A DNA stretch of 44,777 nucleotides from a virus. Taxonomy: Duplodnaviria; Caudoviricetes. A program made the translations under genes and the position numbers. Below the pieces are notes generated by a model. That model made no database searches. It saw nothing but the letters and a program-made list of their open reading frames with translations, and was not told where the DNA came from. This document shows, one piece after another, positions 28,307-38,300 of this stretch (position 1 is its first letter; every line of letters begins with the position of its first letter). The stretch covers positions 1-44,777 of the IMG/VR virus record IMGVR_UViG_3300021185_002469; one strand, written 5' to 3'.

Positions 28307-29322
28307 ATAAAGAAACAATATTAATAACAGGTATTGCCGGTTTACTTGGAAGCAGATTAGCTGATTACTATAGAAAAAATCACCCTAATGTAACGATAGT
28401 AGGTATAGATAATTTATCTGGTGGTTTTAGAGAAAATGTACATAAAGATACTATCTTTTATGAAACTGATCTTGCAAAAGAAAATATACAAGGAATCTTC
28501 TCTGCTCATCAACCAGACTATGTCTTTCATTTTGCTGCTTATGCTGCAGAAGGTTTATCACCTTTTATAAGAACATATAATTATAATAATAACGTTATTG
28601 CTACTGCTAAGATAGTAAATGAATGTATAAGATCTGGAGTAAAAAGATTAGTATTTACTTCTTCAATGGCTGTATACGGTCATGGGTGGGAAGGTAAAAG
28701 ACCATTTGATGAAGCTGATATTCCAAAACCTATAGACCCATACGGTATTGCAAAATATGCATGCGAGATGGATATACAAGTAGCAGGAGAACAACATGGT
28801 CTAGACTGGTGTATAATTAGACCACATAATGTTTACGGTATTGGACAAAATATATGGGATAAATATAGAAATGTACTTGGAATATGGATGTACCAGTATA
28901 TGAATGACCAAGCAATGACAATATTTGGAGATGGTACTCAGACAAGAGCGTTTAGTAATATAGAAGACTGTTTGGAACCTCTTTATAAAGCTTCTAAATT
29001 AAAAGAAGCTTCAAAACAGATTATTAACTTAGGAGGTACTAAGTTTTATAGTATTAACGAATCTAATGCTATTCTAAGAGATGTAATTAAGAATGGTAAC
29101 ATAGAATATGTAGAGGGCAGACACGAAGTAAAAGATGCTTATCCAACATGGGCAAAATCTCAAAAAATATTAGGATACGAATTTAACGTAGACCTATATG
29201 AGGGATTAAAACAAATGTGGGACTGGGCACAAAAACAACCTAAACGAAAGAGATTCTTTTGGGAAAATTACGAAATAGATAAAGGGCTTTATAGCTACTG
29301 GAAGGATGAACCTAGTATTTGA
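28303..29322 (+). CDS. NAD-dependent epimerase/dehydratase (UDP-glucose 4-epimerase-like SDR)
   Basis: TGIAGLLGS, IDNLSGG, FTSSMAVYG, PYGIAK, RPHNVYG and FGDGTQTRAF. Confidence 0.9.
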   Translation: MNKETILITGIAGLLGSRLADYYRKNHPNVTIVGIDNLSGGFRENVHKDTIFYETDLAKENIQGIFSAHQPDYVFHFAAYAAEGLSPFIRTYNYNNNVIATAKIVNECIRSGVKRLVFTSSMAVYGHGWEGKRPFDEADIPKPIDPYGIAKYACEMDIQVAGEQHGLDWCIIRPHNVYGIGQNIWDKYRNVLGIWMYQYMNDQAMTIFGDGTQTRAFSNIEDCLEPLYKASKLKEASKQIINLGGTKFYSINESNAILRDVIKNGNIEYVEGRHEVKDAYPTWAKSQKILGYEFNVDLYEGLKQMWDWAQKQPKRKRFFWENYEIDKGLYSYWKDEPSI

Positions 29323-30658
29323 AAATAAAGAAAAACAATTAAATCTAGCCGGCAACGATGATTTAAATGATCAGAGTAGGATATGTGTTTCTCCGTATGC
29401 TAATCGTATGAACATTCTATGTACTGAACACAGAAACCTTCATACTAAAGTCGATGAAGATTGGGTATTTTTTCAAAAAGGTACTGAAAAACATAAGTGG
29501 GAAATAAATACATATTCAATTGATGATGTAATTAAAGATCCAAGCATTAAATACTTAATTCCAGTAGGAGTACATGAATCACCTGAGGTATGGGTAGGTT
29601 ATAAAGGTCCGTACGATTCGATATTTAATCTCATAAATGAAACATATCTAAAACACTTAAGGGAAGGCAGAGCGTATATTCTTTTCGATAATACATTAGA
29701 AGGTTATCATACAGATAGTATGTTTGAATTTTTTCATGAAGAATGTAATAGATTACATATCAACTACGATAATGTTATTATACTTACCGGTAATGCACAA
29801 TTAGAAGATAGAGCTGAAGAGTGGAGTAAAAAGACAGGAAAAAATTGTGTACGTACTATTGGGTATACTCATTTTGAATTCGATGTTTATTTAAATATAG
29901 ATCACTATAATTCCATTGGACAAAATATACCTTCTTTTGACGACCATATAAAATATAAGACTAATAACCCACATTTAATTAAACCTTTTAACTGTCTAAA
30001 TCGTAAACCTAGAGATCATAGAATTGTATTCTTTAATAAATTATTTCATGCAGGATTACTACCCGACGGACTTGTAAGTATGAATCCTTGGGTGGACGAA
30101 AGACCTCATGATTCACTAAACTTAGATGGTTGGAAGCCTGATGTTACTCAATTAGAGCACTCACATCAATTTACTCCTATGAGATGGGATGGCACAGATA
30201 ATCTTCATAATGCACAAGATAAAATAGCCAGATTAAATGAAAAATCTATGCTAAATTCTTGGTGTACTATTGTTAGTGAAGCTCAATATAACGATTCACA
30301 ACGGTCTATATTTTTATCTGAAAAAACATTTAAACCTATAGCATGTAGTCATCCATTTCAGATATTAGGCGCAAAAGGATCTTTGAAGGAATTAAGAAAA
30401 TTAGGGTACCTAACCTTTGAACATTTATTTGATGAGTCTTACGATGAATTAGATAATATAGAAAGAATGGAACTTATAGTAGATAATTGTAGAAGCTTAG
30501 CTGATAATAGAGAAGCACTTCAACATTTTAAATGGATGAAATCAAGAGTAGAATATAACAGGAATGTTTTAACATTCAATGCTTTATTTAAACCTCCAAA
30601 AGGATTTCACTTACTTAATAGATTATGCAATACAGAGTTAGAAAAAGTATTAATGTAA
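29306..30658 (+). CDS. Putative GT-B glycosyltransferase with a GT10-like C-terminal motif (paralog 1 of 3)
   Basis: NCLNRKPRDHR and IVSE...FLSEKTFKPIACSHPF...LGYLTF...DESYD. The SEK motif recalls GT10 fucosyltransferases; function is inferred. Confidence 0.5.
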   Translation: MNLVFENKEKQLNLAGNDDLNDQSRICVSPYANRMNILCTEHRNLHTKVDEDWVFFQKGTEKHKWEINTYSIDDVIKDPSIKYLIPVGVHESPEVWVGYKGPYDSIFNLINETYLKHLREGRAYILFDNTLEGYHTDSMFEFFHEECNRLHINYDNVIILTGNAQLEDRAEEWSKKTGKNCVRTIGYTHFEFDVYLNIDHYNSIGQNIPSFDDHIKYKTNNPHLIKPFNCLNRKPRDHRIVFFNKLFHAGLLPDGLVSMNPWVDERPHDSLNLDGWKPDVTQLEHSHQFTPMRWDGTDNLHNAQDKIARLNEKSMLNSWCTIVSEAQYNDSQRSIFLSEKTFKPIACSHPFQILGAKGSLKELRKLGYLTFEHLFDESYDELDNIERMELIVDNCRSLADNREALQHFKWMKSRVEYNRNVLTFNALFKPPKGFHLLNRLCNTELEKVLM

Positions 30659-31575
30659 CTGAAGATTCTAAGCTCATTATAGCTTTAGGAGATTCATTTG
30701 TCGAAGGACAAGGCGCAGTGTCTGAAAAGACATGGGAGAAATTTGATTGGTCGGAAGATAAAATGACCGAAGTAGAATTTCAGTCAGATGAATACAATAA
30801 GGTAAGAGATGAAGAATATAAAAACGCTTTTGTAAACCAATTATGTGTAAAACATTTTCCTGAATTTACTCCAATTAATTTTGGATATAGAGGAAACGGT
30901 AACAGAGGTCCTGTAAAAGCATTAACTACTCTTCATCCGGATTTAAATTTACATTTAGCTAAAGAAAAGATAGTTATATTTTTTGTTGGCCAAATGGTTA
31001 GATTTGACTTCTTTAATAGTTATCCTCATAGTGCACATGACTACTTTCATACTATATGGCCTCATGAACCTGCGGAAAACGATTCACCCGGTAATAAAAA
31101 CCTGTGGAGAGGATACGCAACCGAAGTATATTCAGAACGAACAGCAGCTTTAGAGATAATAAGCAATATAGTTGAAGTACAAACTTGGTGTAAATATAAT
31201 AATGCTAAACTAATGTTAGTTAATTCATTTACGTATGACTTTAATAAACAGAGAATGAGTAAAGCACTTGAATATGAACCTTTGTATGAGGAAACAAATA
31301 TGCTACCTCAGTTGATAGATTCTATTGAATGGGATAATTTAGTTAAGTTACCTAATAATAGAGAGCAAATGATTGATGTTTTATTAGATGCAGAAGGAAG
31401 AGGAGATTTATGTGGAAAAAATCACGCGTGGTACCACTGGCCGAAAGAAATGAAAAGCTTTACTCCTAAAGGTCTTATGACACCTTGCTCTCACCCATCA
31501 CCTAAAGGACATTTACTTATTGCTGATACATTAGCAAAGGTAATAAAAGAAAAGTATTACAATGGAAGAAGATAA
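30625..31575 (+). CDS. SGNH/GDSL-fold hydrolase or acyltransferase-like protein
   Basis: LGDSFVEG (block I), NFGYRGNGN (block II) and SHPSPKGH (block V). Confidence 0.65.
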   Translation: MQYRVRKSINVTEDSKLIIALGDSFVEGQGAVSEKTWEKFDWSEDKMTEVEFQSDEYNKVRDEEYKNAFVNQLCVKHFPEFTPINFGYRGNGNRGPVKALTTLHPDLNLHLAKEKIVIFFVGQMVRFDFFNSYPHSAHDYFHTIWPHEPAENDSPGNKNLWRGYATEVYSERTAALEIISNIVEVQTWCKYNNAKLMLVNSFTYDFNKQRMSKALEYEPLYEETNMLPQLIDSIEWDNLVKLPNNREQMIDVLLDAEGRGDLCGKNHAWYHWPKEMKSFTPKGLMTPCSHPSPKGHLLIADTLAKVIKEKYYNGRR

Positions 31576-32935
31576 AGTAGAAAGATATTTACCTATTCCT
31601 ACAACTTGGGATATGATGGACTGGTGTGAAATGAACTTCAGCCAGGAAAGTTATGATTCCCTATTAGGTGGTCCTCGACCTAACGGTTCTTCTAGAACAT
31701 GGTACAGAGAAGAAACAGGTAATCTACATTATCCTTATAACTTAGGAATATGGAACTTCTTTAGTGAAACAGGTGAATGGTTTGATGCAAAAAAACTACA
31801 AAACCAGCATCAACCACATGTTCTAGATTCTAATCACTGTAAGTTTAAATTTAAAGAAGAGATAGTTGGTGAAAAACATTTATATGTAATATGTGTGTTT
31901 AATCCTGATTTTTTTAGATTAAATAGAGACCTAGGGTTTACATTAATTGATAAGCAATATCAAAATGATGTTCGTAATGGTAATGCAGCTGTAGTTGTAT
32001 TTTACCCTTGGGAAGGTTATTCCGGAATGGAAGGCAATGAAGACTTTATCATAGTAGAGGAATGGAGAAAGAAGTCACATTTTCCTGAAGGCTCTGTACA
32101 CTTCTTTACAGGTAACCTTACAGCCAATAATCACGATCACGTCAAAGGTTCAGGACTAGTAATGCATTCGTTTAATTCTTTTGATAATTGGAATTCAGAT
32201 AAACTCGACTTACCTTTAATTAAGTTTGAACCTAAAGACGATAAGTATTTATTCTTAAGCTATAACAGAAATCCAAGAAAAAATAGAGTATATTTAGGTG
32301 CTAAGTTAATAGAGTACGATTTGCTAGATAAAGGATTAGTAAGTTTAGGTAAACCTGATTGGTGGTCACCTAATAACACATTAAGAGGAGAAGGCATTAG
32401 AGATAGAGAATATAGTAAACTAGATAAACTACTACCTATAGAGATAGGTAAAAAGTTATTTTTTAATCTTGCATGTAACATAGAAACTCAAGATTTTGAA
32501 CAGACTTTTTGTTCCGTAATAACAGAAACACTAGTTGAAGAAGGAACATTATTTATATCTGAGAAAACCTGGAAAGCCTTACAACTAGGACACCCGTTCT
32601 TTGTTATAGGCAATCCAGGAACTCTAAATTATTTAAGAAATTTAGGGTATAAAACATTTGACAAATGGTGGGATGAAAGTTATGATCATGTTTATGAGTA
32701 TAGAATAAGAATAGAAATGATAACTAAAGAGTTAATCAGGCTAAGTAAAAAAAGCAAAGATGAGCTCATTAAGATCAGAAAAGAAATGGAAGAAGTATTA
32801 GATTATAATAAGGCTCTTCACTATAGAACTGTAATGACTAAATGGGGATATGGAACTAGTCAAAAACCTGAAGACTTACTTCGCACATTTTGGAATATTT
32901 ACGAAAATTTAGGAAATGGGAAAGATATTATGTAG
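31562..32935 (+). CDS. Putative GT10-like glycosyltransferase (paralog 2 of 3)
   Basis: FLSYNRNPRKNR and SVITET...FISEKTWKAL..GHPF...LGYKTF..WWDESYD. Confidence 0.5.
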   Translation: MEEDKVERYLPIPTTWDMMDWCEMNFSQESYDSLLGGPRPNGSSRTWYREETGNLHYPYNLGIWNFFSETGEWFDAKKLQNQHQPHVLDSNHCKFKFKEEIVGEKHLYVICVFNPDFFRLNRDLGFTLIDKQYQNDVRNGNAAVVVFYPWEGYSGMEGNEDFIIVEEWRKKSHFPEGSVHFFTGNLTANNHDHVKGSGLVMHSFNSFDNWNSDKLDLPLIKFEPKDDKYLFLSYNRNPRKNRVYLGAKLIEYDLLDKGLVSLGKPDWWSPNNTLRGEGIRDREYSKLDKLLPIEIGKKLFFNLACNIETQDFEQTFCSVITETLVEEGTLFISEKTWKALQLGHPFFVIGNPGTLNYLRNLGYKTFDKWWDESYDHVYEYRIRIEMITKELIRLSKKSKDELIKIRKEMEEVLDYNKALHYRTVMTKWGYGTSQKPEDLLRTFWNIYENLGNGKDIM

Positions 32936-34256
32936 CAGAGAGCCCTGGGATAGTATTTTAGGGCACAATAGACCGAATGGAACTTCAAGAACATGGAATT
33001 TTGAAGAAAGTCAAGAACAACCTTCTATTCTCAATACGATTACAGATGAATTTGTTGACGACTATATAAAAAACCCAAGAAACTTTAATAAAACCCATTA
33101 TTCTCTTACTTTTCACGAAGACTTTGAAGATGTTGAGATACATGATATAGGAGACAATAAACATATCTATATAATAAGAATTTTTCACCATAATTATTTC
33201 AGAAGAAATCTAAACACAGGCTTTTCTTGTATTTCTAAATTAGTATTAGAAGATGTAAAGAAAGGTAAGTGTGCTCTAATCGTAGAATGTACCACAGAAG
33301 GTAAGTACCTCCATAATCCTAATACAGAATTTGATATAATTGAGAGATGGAGAATAAAAGAAGAATTACCTGAATACAGTGTTACTGTTATTTCCGGTAA
33401 TCTAATATGTAAAGAATATATTGAAAGAAATAATTTAAAAATTAATGCATACGGTGTTAGTTCATTTGAAAATTTCTTTACTCCACCAGAAGAATACACA
33501 CAAAACGTAGATAAGGTTGTACCTTTTGATGCTTATTCGAATAAAGAAAATAAATACTTTCTTTCTTACAATAGACAGCCTCGTTTTCATAGGTTATTAT
33601 TTGGATACCTATTAGACCAAGCTAAGATACTTAAAAAAGGATTAGTAAGCTTAAGATTCCCAGATCACAAAGGACTCAACTTTAAACCAGGTACCTTTTA
33701 CGGGCATAAGATAGCAAGTAATAAAAAGTACGAAAGGTTTAAACAGAAAGGAAACATAACAATAGATGTACCTACAGATCAGAATTTAGCACAGAATTTT
33801 ATGATATCTAATTACGAAGATACCTTTGTATCTGTAGTTTCTGAAACTTTAATGGATACAGGTTGTTTATTCTTTTCTGAAAAAATATGGAAACCTATTA
33901 GTGTAGGTCATCCGTTTATTATTATGGGTAATCCTCATTCTCTAAAGAAGCTTCAAGAAATGGGATATATTACTTTCAGTGAGGTTTGGGACGAATCGTA
34001 TGATAATATCATCTCAGAAGGAGATAGAGTTGTTGCAGTAACTAAAGTACTTCAATCTATATGTTCTATGTCTGATAAAGAATTAGAGGATGCTAGAAAA
34101 CATATGGATGCAATTGTTAAACATAATAAAAAGGTATTTCACGATACCCTTACTAATGATTTTAAATGCCGACCAGATCAATTCGGTACTGCTCTACCTA
34201 TAGTTGATATAGTTAAAGAAATATATAATAATTTAGGATATAAACCTCATAAATGA
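32916..34256 (+). CDS. Putative GT10-like glycosyltransferase (paralog 3 of 3)
   Basis: FLSYNRQPRFHR and SVVSET...FFSEKIWKPI..GHPF...WDESYD; shares N-terminal DS.LG..RPNG.SRTW with 31562. Confidence 0.5.
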   Translation: MGKILCSREPWDSILGHNRPNGTSRTWNFEESQEQPSILNTITDEFVDDYIKNPRNFNKTHYSLTFHEDFEDVEIHDIGDNKHIYIIRIFHHNYFRRNLNTGFSCISKLVLEDVKKGKCALIVECTTEGKYLHNPNTEFDIIERWRIKEELPEYSVTVISGNLICKEYIERNNLKINAYGVSSFENFFTPPEEYTQNVDKVVPFDAYSNKENKYFLSYNRQPRFHRLLFGYLLDQAKILKKGLVSLRFPDHKGLNFKPGTFYGHKIASNKKYERFKQKGNITIDVPTDQNLAQNFMISNYEDTFVSVVSETLMDTGCLFFSEKIWKPISVGHPFIIMGNPHSLKKLQEMGYITFSEVWDESYDNIISEGDRVVAVTKVLQSICSMSDKELEDARKHMDAIVKHNKKVFHDTLTNDFKCRPDQFGTALPIVDIVKEIYNNLGYKPHK

Positions 34257-36148
34257 AAAACCTATACTTAGTACAAGTAGCGGATAAATACGGACCTAAT
34301 AGTTTCCTTCCAGTAGCAATTAGCTATCAATGGATGTTTGCTAGTACAAGTAAGGCTGTAAAAGAAAATTTTGAGGTTGCAGATGTTTTAATTGAAAAGA
34401 AGAGCCCACAGAATTATGTTGAATCTTTAGAAAAAGAACCTCACGTTATGATGCTCAGTTCTTATGTTTGGAATTGGGAGTATAATAAAGTACTGGCTAG
34501 ATTAGTAAAAGAGAAGTATCCTAACTGTTTAACTATAACAGGTGGACCAAATGTAGATAAAAGAGATAAGCAATTTTTCGAAAAGTATCCTATGTTTGAC
34601 ATAGCTGTAATGGGTGAAGGAGAACAAGCATCTAAAGAGATACTTAGAAGATATCTTAAGAATGAGAAATATGATAATATTCCTCATGTATTTCCAAAAG
34701 GAGGTGAATTATGCGCCCTACCTCAAAGAGCAGAAAACTTAAATATAATCCCATCACCTATACTTACAGGCTTCTATGATTGGATAATGGAAAGAGTTGA
34801 AGCAGAACATGGACCTCAAATGTGGCAGGTTACTTATGAAACGTTAAGAGGATGTCCTTATAGATGTACGTTTTGTGATATAGGAGATTTATATTGGCAA
34901 AAGATTAAAACTTTTGATATGCCTAGAGTTGAAAAAGAAATCGACTGGATGGCAGATAGAAAAATAGAATATGTAGCAGTATGTGATTCTAACTGGGGAT
35001 TAATGCCTAGAGATGTAGATATAACTAAGTATGTTATTAAGAAAAAATTAGAAACTGGTTTTCCTAAATTTTGGGATGTTACATGGGCTAAAGCAAACTC
35101 TGATAGAATATATGAAATAGCAATGCTAGATAAAGAAGCTGGTACTCGATTATTCAAAGGAGTTACATTTGCTATGCAATCACTCCATCAAGAAACTTTA
35201 GATGCTTCAAGAAGATTAAACCTTAAATATGATGCTGCATTTGAATATTTAGAAAAATATAGAAAAGAAGATATACCTACATATTCAGAATTAATATGGC
35301 CAATGCCTGAAGAGACTTATGATTCTTTAAAAGACGGTATTCAAAGATTAATTGATTTAGGCCAGAAAGACTTCTTAATGGTGCATCCATTAGTATTGAC
35401 TTTTAATGCAGAAATGGGTCAACCTGCTTATATAGAAAAGCATGGCCTTCAGTTTAGAGATGTTCCTTTAGATACCTTTTATTTAAGTGTAGATGATTTA
35501 GAAGATTATATAGTAGAAAAGACTTGGGGAGTTATTGGAACTAACGCAGCCAATCCTGTAGAGGTATATAGAGGTCATTTATTATCTCACCTACTCATAG
35601 TTATGTATTATTACGGTTGGGGACATTATTTACTAGAGTATTTGAATTCAAAATATGAACTAAAACATATTGACATAATAGAAAAAATGTTAGAGTACTT
35701 TATGGGTACAGATACATTAATAGGTAGAGAGTTACAAGAAACAGTTGATTCTTTAACTGCAGTGTTTGATAAACAAGAATTTTGGGGTAGACAGGTTTTA
35801 GGTGATGATGATGTATTTTGGGAATACAAAGGAGCTACAAGTATTGTTTTTTATCAAAATAAAGAACAGTTGAAAAACGAATTGTCTGATTTCTGTTTAA
35901 ATAAACTACAGTTACAAGTCCAGGATGCTATTGATTTAAATATTGATATGTGCCATACTAATGATAGAACATATCCTTTCGTTAAAACCTATAATGAAGA
36001 TACCGTAAAACATACTTTAGGTATTGAAGGTAGTACGCTTACTTTAGATCACTACGATAAAAAAGAAATGACTGATAAAGAGTTTTTTCATTTAGCATAT
36101 CATTACCAAAGGAAAAATAGGTACTGGAGATGTAAAGTAGCTACTTAG
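34253..36148 (+). CDS. Cobalamin (B12)-binding radical SAM protein (class B methyltransferase-like)
   Basis: N-terminal B12-binding domain (SSYVWNWEYN...TGGPNV...VMGEGE), then YETLRGCPYRCTFC, CDSNWG, MQSL and PMPEET. Confidence 0.85.
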   Translation: MKNLYLVQVADKYGPNSFLPVAISYQWMFASTSKAVKENFEVADVLIEKKSPQNYVESLEKEPHVMMLSSYVWNWEYNKVLARLVKEKYPNCLTITGGPNVDKRDKQFFEKYPMFDIAVMGEGEQASKEILRRYLKNEKYDNIPHVFPKGGELCALPQRAENLNIIPSPILTGFYDWIMERVEAEHGPQMWQVTYETLRGCPYRCTFCDIGDLYWQKIKTFDMPRVEKEIDWMADRKIEYVAVCDSNWGLMPRDVDITKYVIKKKLETGFPKFWDVTWAKANSDRIYEIAMLDKEAGTRLFKGVTFAMQSLHQETLDASRRLNLKYDAAFEYLEKYRKEDIPTYSELIWPMPEETYDSLKDGIQRLIDLGQKDFLMVHPLVLTFNAEMGQPAYIEKHGLQFRDVPLDTFYLSVDDLEDYIVEKTWGVIGTNAANPVEVYRGHLLSHLLIVMYYYGWGHYLLEYLNSKYELKHIDIIEKMLEYFMGTDTLIGRELQETVDSLTAVFDKQEFWGRQVLGDDDVFWEYKGATSIVFYQNKEQLKNELSDFCLNKLQLQVQDAIDLNIDMCHTNDRTYPFVKTYNEDTVKHTLGIEGSTLTLDHYDKKEMTDKEFFHLAYHYQRKNRYWRCKVAT

Positions 36149-36157
36149 TGGCTTTTT
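36139..36157 (+). terminator. Weak putative intrinsic terminator
   Basis: AGCTAC-TTA-GTGGCT followed by a T-run, overlapping the stop of the B12 radical SAM gene. Confidence 0.3.
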
Positions 36158-36160
36158 AGC

Positions 36161-36168
36161 TATTTATA
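36161..36168 (+). promoter_or_regulatory. Putative late promoter TATTTATA
   Basis: Lies in the only sizeable intergenic gap of the island, 42 nt before ATG 36203. Confidence 0.55.
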
Positions 36169-36202
36169 TCATATATTGTTATAACAGATTAATATAGTTT
36201 CA

Positions 36203-37375
36203 ATGAAAATAGGATTTATAGGAGTTGGCAAACTCGGTAAAGAATCAGCCGAAGTCATGGCAGAAAAACATGACGTTATTGGGTACGACATAAATACAGT
36301 CGAACCAGAAAATTTCCAAATGGTACCTTCAATTGAAGAAGTATGCAAAGACAGAGAACTAATCTTTATTGCTGTACCTACACCACATCACCCAGACTAC
36401 GATGGACGCTACCCTACAGCACATCTACCAAACAAAGACTTTAATTACGGTATAGTTAATGACGTATTAGATGAAGTTAATAAATACGTAAACAAAAATC
36501 AATTAGTCGTTCTAATATCAACAGTTCTACCAGGTACAATTAGAAGAGAATTTATCGATAGAATTAATAATGCTCGTTTTATATACAATCCTTATTTAAT
36601 AGCAATGGGGACTGTAAAATGGGATATGGTAAACCCTGAAATGATTATTATTGGAACAGAAGATGGATCTACTACGGGAGATGCTAAATTACTATTGGAA
36701 TTCTATAAGACATTTATTACTGAAGGTACAAGATATGAAGTAGGTACATGGGATGAAGCAGAAGGAATCAAAATATTCTATAATACATTTATATCTACAA
36801 AAGTAGCTCTAGTAAATATGATTCAAGATGTTGCTGAAAAATCAGGTAATATCAACGTAGATGTTATTACAGGAGCATTAGAAAGATCTACTCAAAGAAT
36901 TTTAGGACCTTCTTATATGAAAGCAGGAATGGGAGATGGAGGAGGATGTCATCCTAGAGATAATATTGCATTAAGATATATGGCAGAACAATTAGGGTTA
37001 GGTTATGATTTATTTGATGCTATAATGAACGCCAGAGAAAAACAAGCTAAAAATTTAGCAGACGTTTTAGTTAAAGAAGCAAAAGATAATTCACTTCCTA
37101 TTATTATACTAGGTAAGGCATATAAACCAGATGTACATTACGAAGACGGCTCTACATCCATACTAACAGGACACTTCTGTGTAGAACAAGGAATTGTACC
37201 AGAATATGATCAACCAGCACCCTATAAAGCTGTTTACCTTTTAGGACATATGGGCAAACATCATGACTACAAATTTCCTAATGGCTCGGTAGTCGTGGAT
37301 CCATGGAGATCTTTCGTTGCCCCAAACGATACAATCTCGGTAATCCATTATGGGAACACAAGACTCAAAAAATAG
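36203..37375 (+). CDS. UDP-glucose/GDP-mannose 6-dehydrogenase family protein
   Basis: IGVGKLG, FIAVPTP, ISTVLPGT, YNP, KIFYNTFISTK, GDGGGCHPRD (catalytic Cys) and LGKAYKP. Confidence 0.9.
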   Translation: MKIGFIGVGKLGKESAEVMAEKHDVIGYDINTVEPENFQMVPSIEEVCKDRELIFIAVPTPHHPDYDGRYPTAHLPNKDFNYGIVNDVLDEVNKYVNKNQLVVLISTVLPGTIRREFIDRINNARFIYNPYLIAMGTVKWDMVNPEMIIIGTEDGSTTGDAKLLLEFYKTFITEGTRYEVGTWDEAEGIKIFYNTFISTKVALVNMIQDVAEKSGNINVDVITGALERSTQRILGPSYMKAGMGDGGGCHPRDNIALRYMAEQLGLGYDLFDAIMNAREKQAKNLADVLVKEAKDNSLPIIILGKAYKPDVHYEDGSTSILTGHFCVEQGIVPEYDQPAPYKAVYLLGHMGKHHDYKFPNGSVVVDPWRSFVAPNDTISVIHYGNTRLKK

Positions 37376-38300
37376 GCTTTTCATAATTGGGTGTAGTTAT
37401 TCTCAATATGTAAATCCTACGTATGCTGATTTTTTAGGAGCAGATTATAACCAAACATTTAACTACGCATTAAGCGGAGCAGGAAATAGATTTATTTTCC
37501 ATACTGCAGCTTATGTATTTGAAAAGTATAAACCAAAACCAAACGATACTGTTATAGTACAGTGGTCTAGTGTTGGAAGATGGGACCACGTATTTAACAA
37601 TAAAACCTTCTGGACAACACCAGGTAGTTTATCCTACCAGGATTCTTTCTCTGAGGAAATAGTAGACAAGTATTTCAATTTAGTAGCAGAAGCATACAAT
37701 CTTATAAACTATGTTAATGCTATAAAAGCAATAAGTCTAACGTACGGGTGTAATTTTACTACGTTTAATATGTTTGATCCCTGGATAGAGTTATTCTACG
37801 GGGAACCTTATAGTACCCGTATTTTTGAAAAGTATTCAGATTATATAGGCAAATATTATCCCTTTAAACAGTTAGAACAGACGTTTAAGAACGTTGGAGC
37901 ATTAGAAAGTGTAGAAGAATATATTTGGAGATTTCCTTTAGAAAAACCTTTATACTTTTATAATATGGAAGGTAGACAAGATGAAAGTCATCCAAGTACT
38001 AACCAGCATTTAGAATATGCTAAATACCTTAGTAAGGAATTAGGATTAGGAGGTGATAATTTACATACCCCTAAACTTAAACATTATGCTTCACAGATAA
38101 CAGATATGTTCAGTAGACCTGACCTAACAGAACAGCAACTAATGTTAGGAGAAGTGGATGGTCATGAATGGTTTACTAAAGTACCACGACCTGGCGCTAA
38201 TTACGTTCTTTGCGTTGATAATGAAAAGTATCCTAGCCGATTATTTGGAAATAAATATGAGTTAGGTTCTAACACTATCAACCAATGGATGCAATTATAA
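37350..38300 (+). CDS. Second SGNH-fold protein
   Basis: IGCSYS, NYALSGAGN, VIVQWSS..RWD and DESHPS (DxxH). Confidence 0.6.
   Translation: MGTQDSKNRLFIIGCSYSQYVNPTYADFLGADYNQTFNYALSGAGNRFIFHTAAYVFEKYKPKPNDTVIVQWSSVGRWDHVFNNKTFWTTPGSLSYQDSFSEEIVDKYFNLVAEAYNLINYVNAIKAISLTYGCNFTTFNMFDPWIELFYGEPYSTRIFEKYSDYIGKYYPFKQLEQTFKNVGALESVEEYIWRFPLEKPLYFYNMEGRQDESHPSTNQHLEYAKYLSKELGLGGDNLHTPKLKHYASQITDMFSRPDLTEQQLMLGEVDGHEWFTKVPRPGANYVLCVDNEKYPSRLFGNKYELGSNTINQWMQL

Noticed and set aside
36135-36146. Perfect 12-bp palindrome AAGTAGCTACTT as an operator
   Set aside because: It is a single copy overlapping a gene end and a weak terminator, and is compatible with chance.
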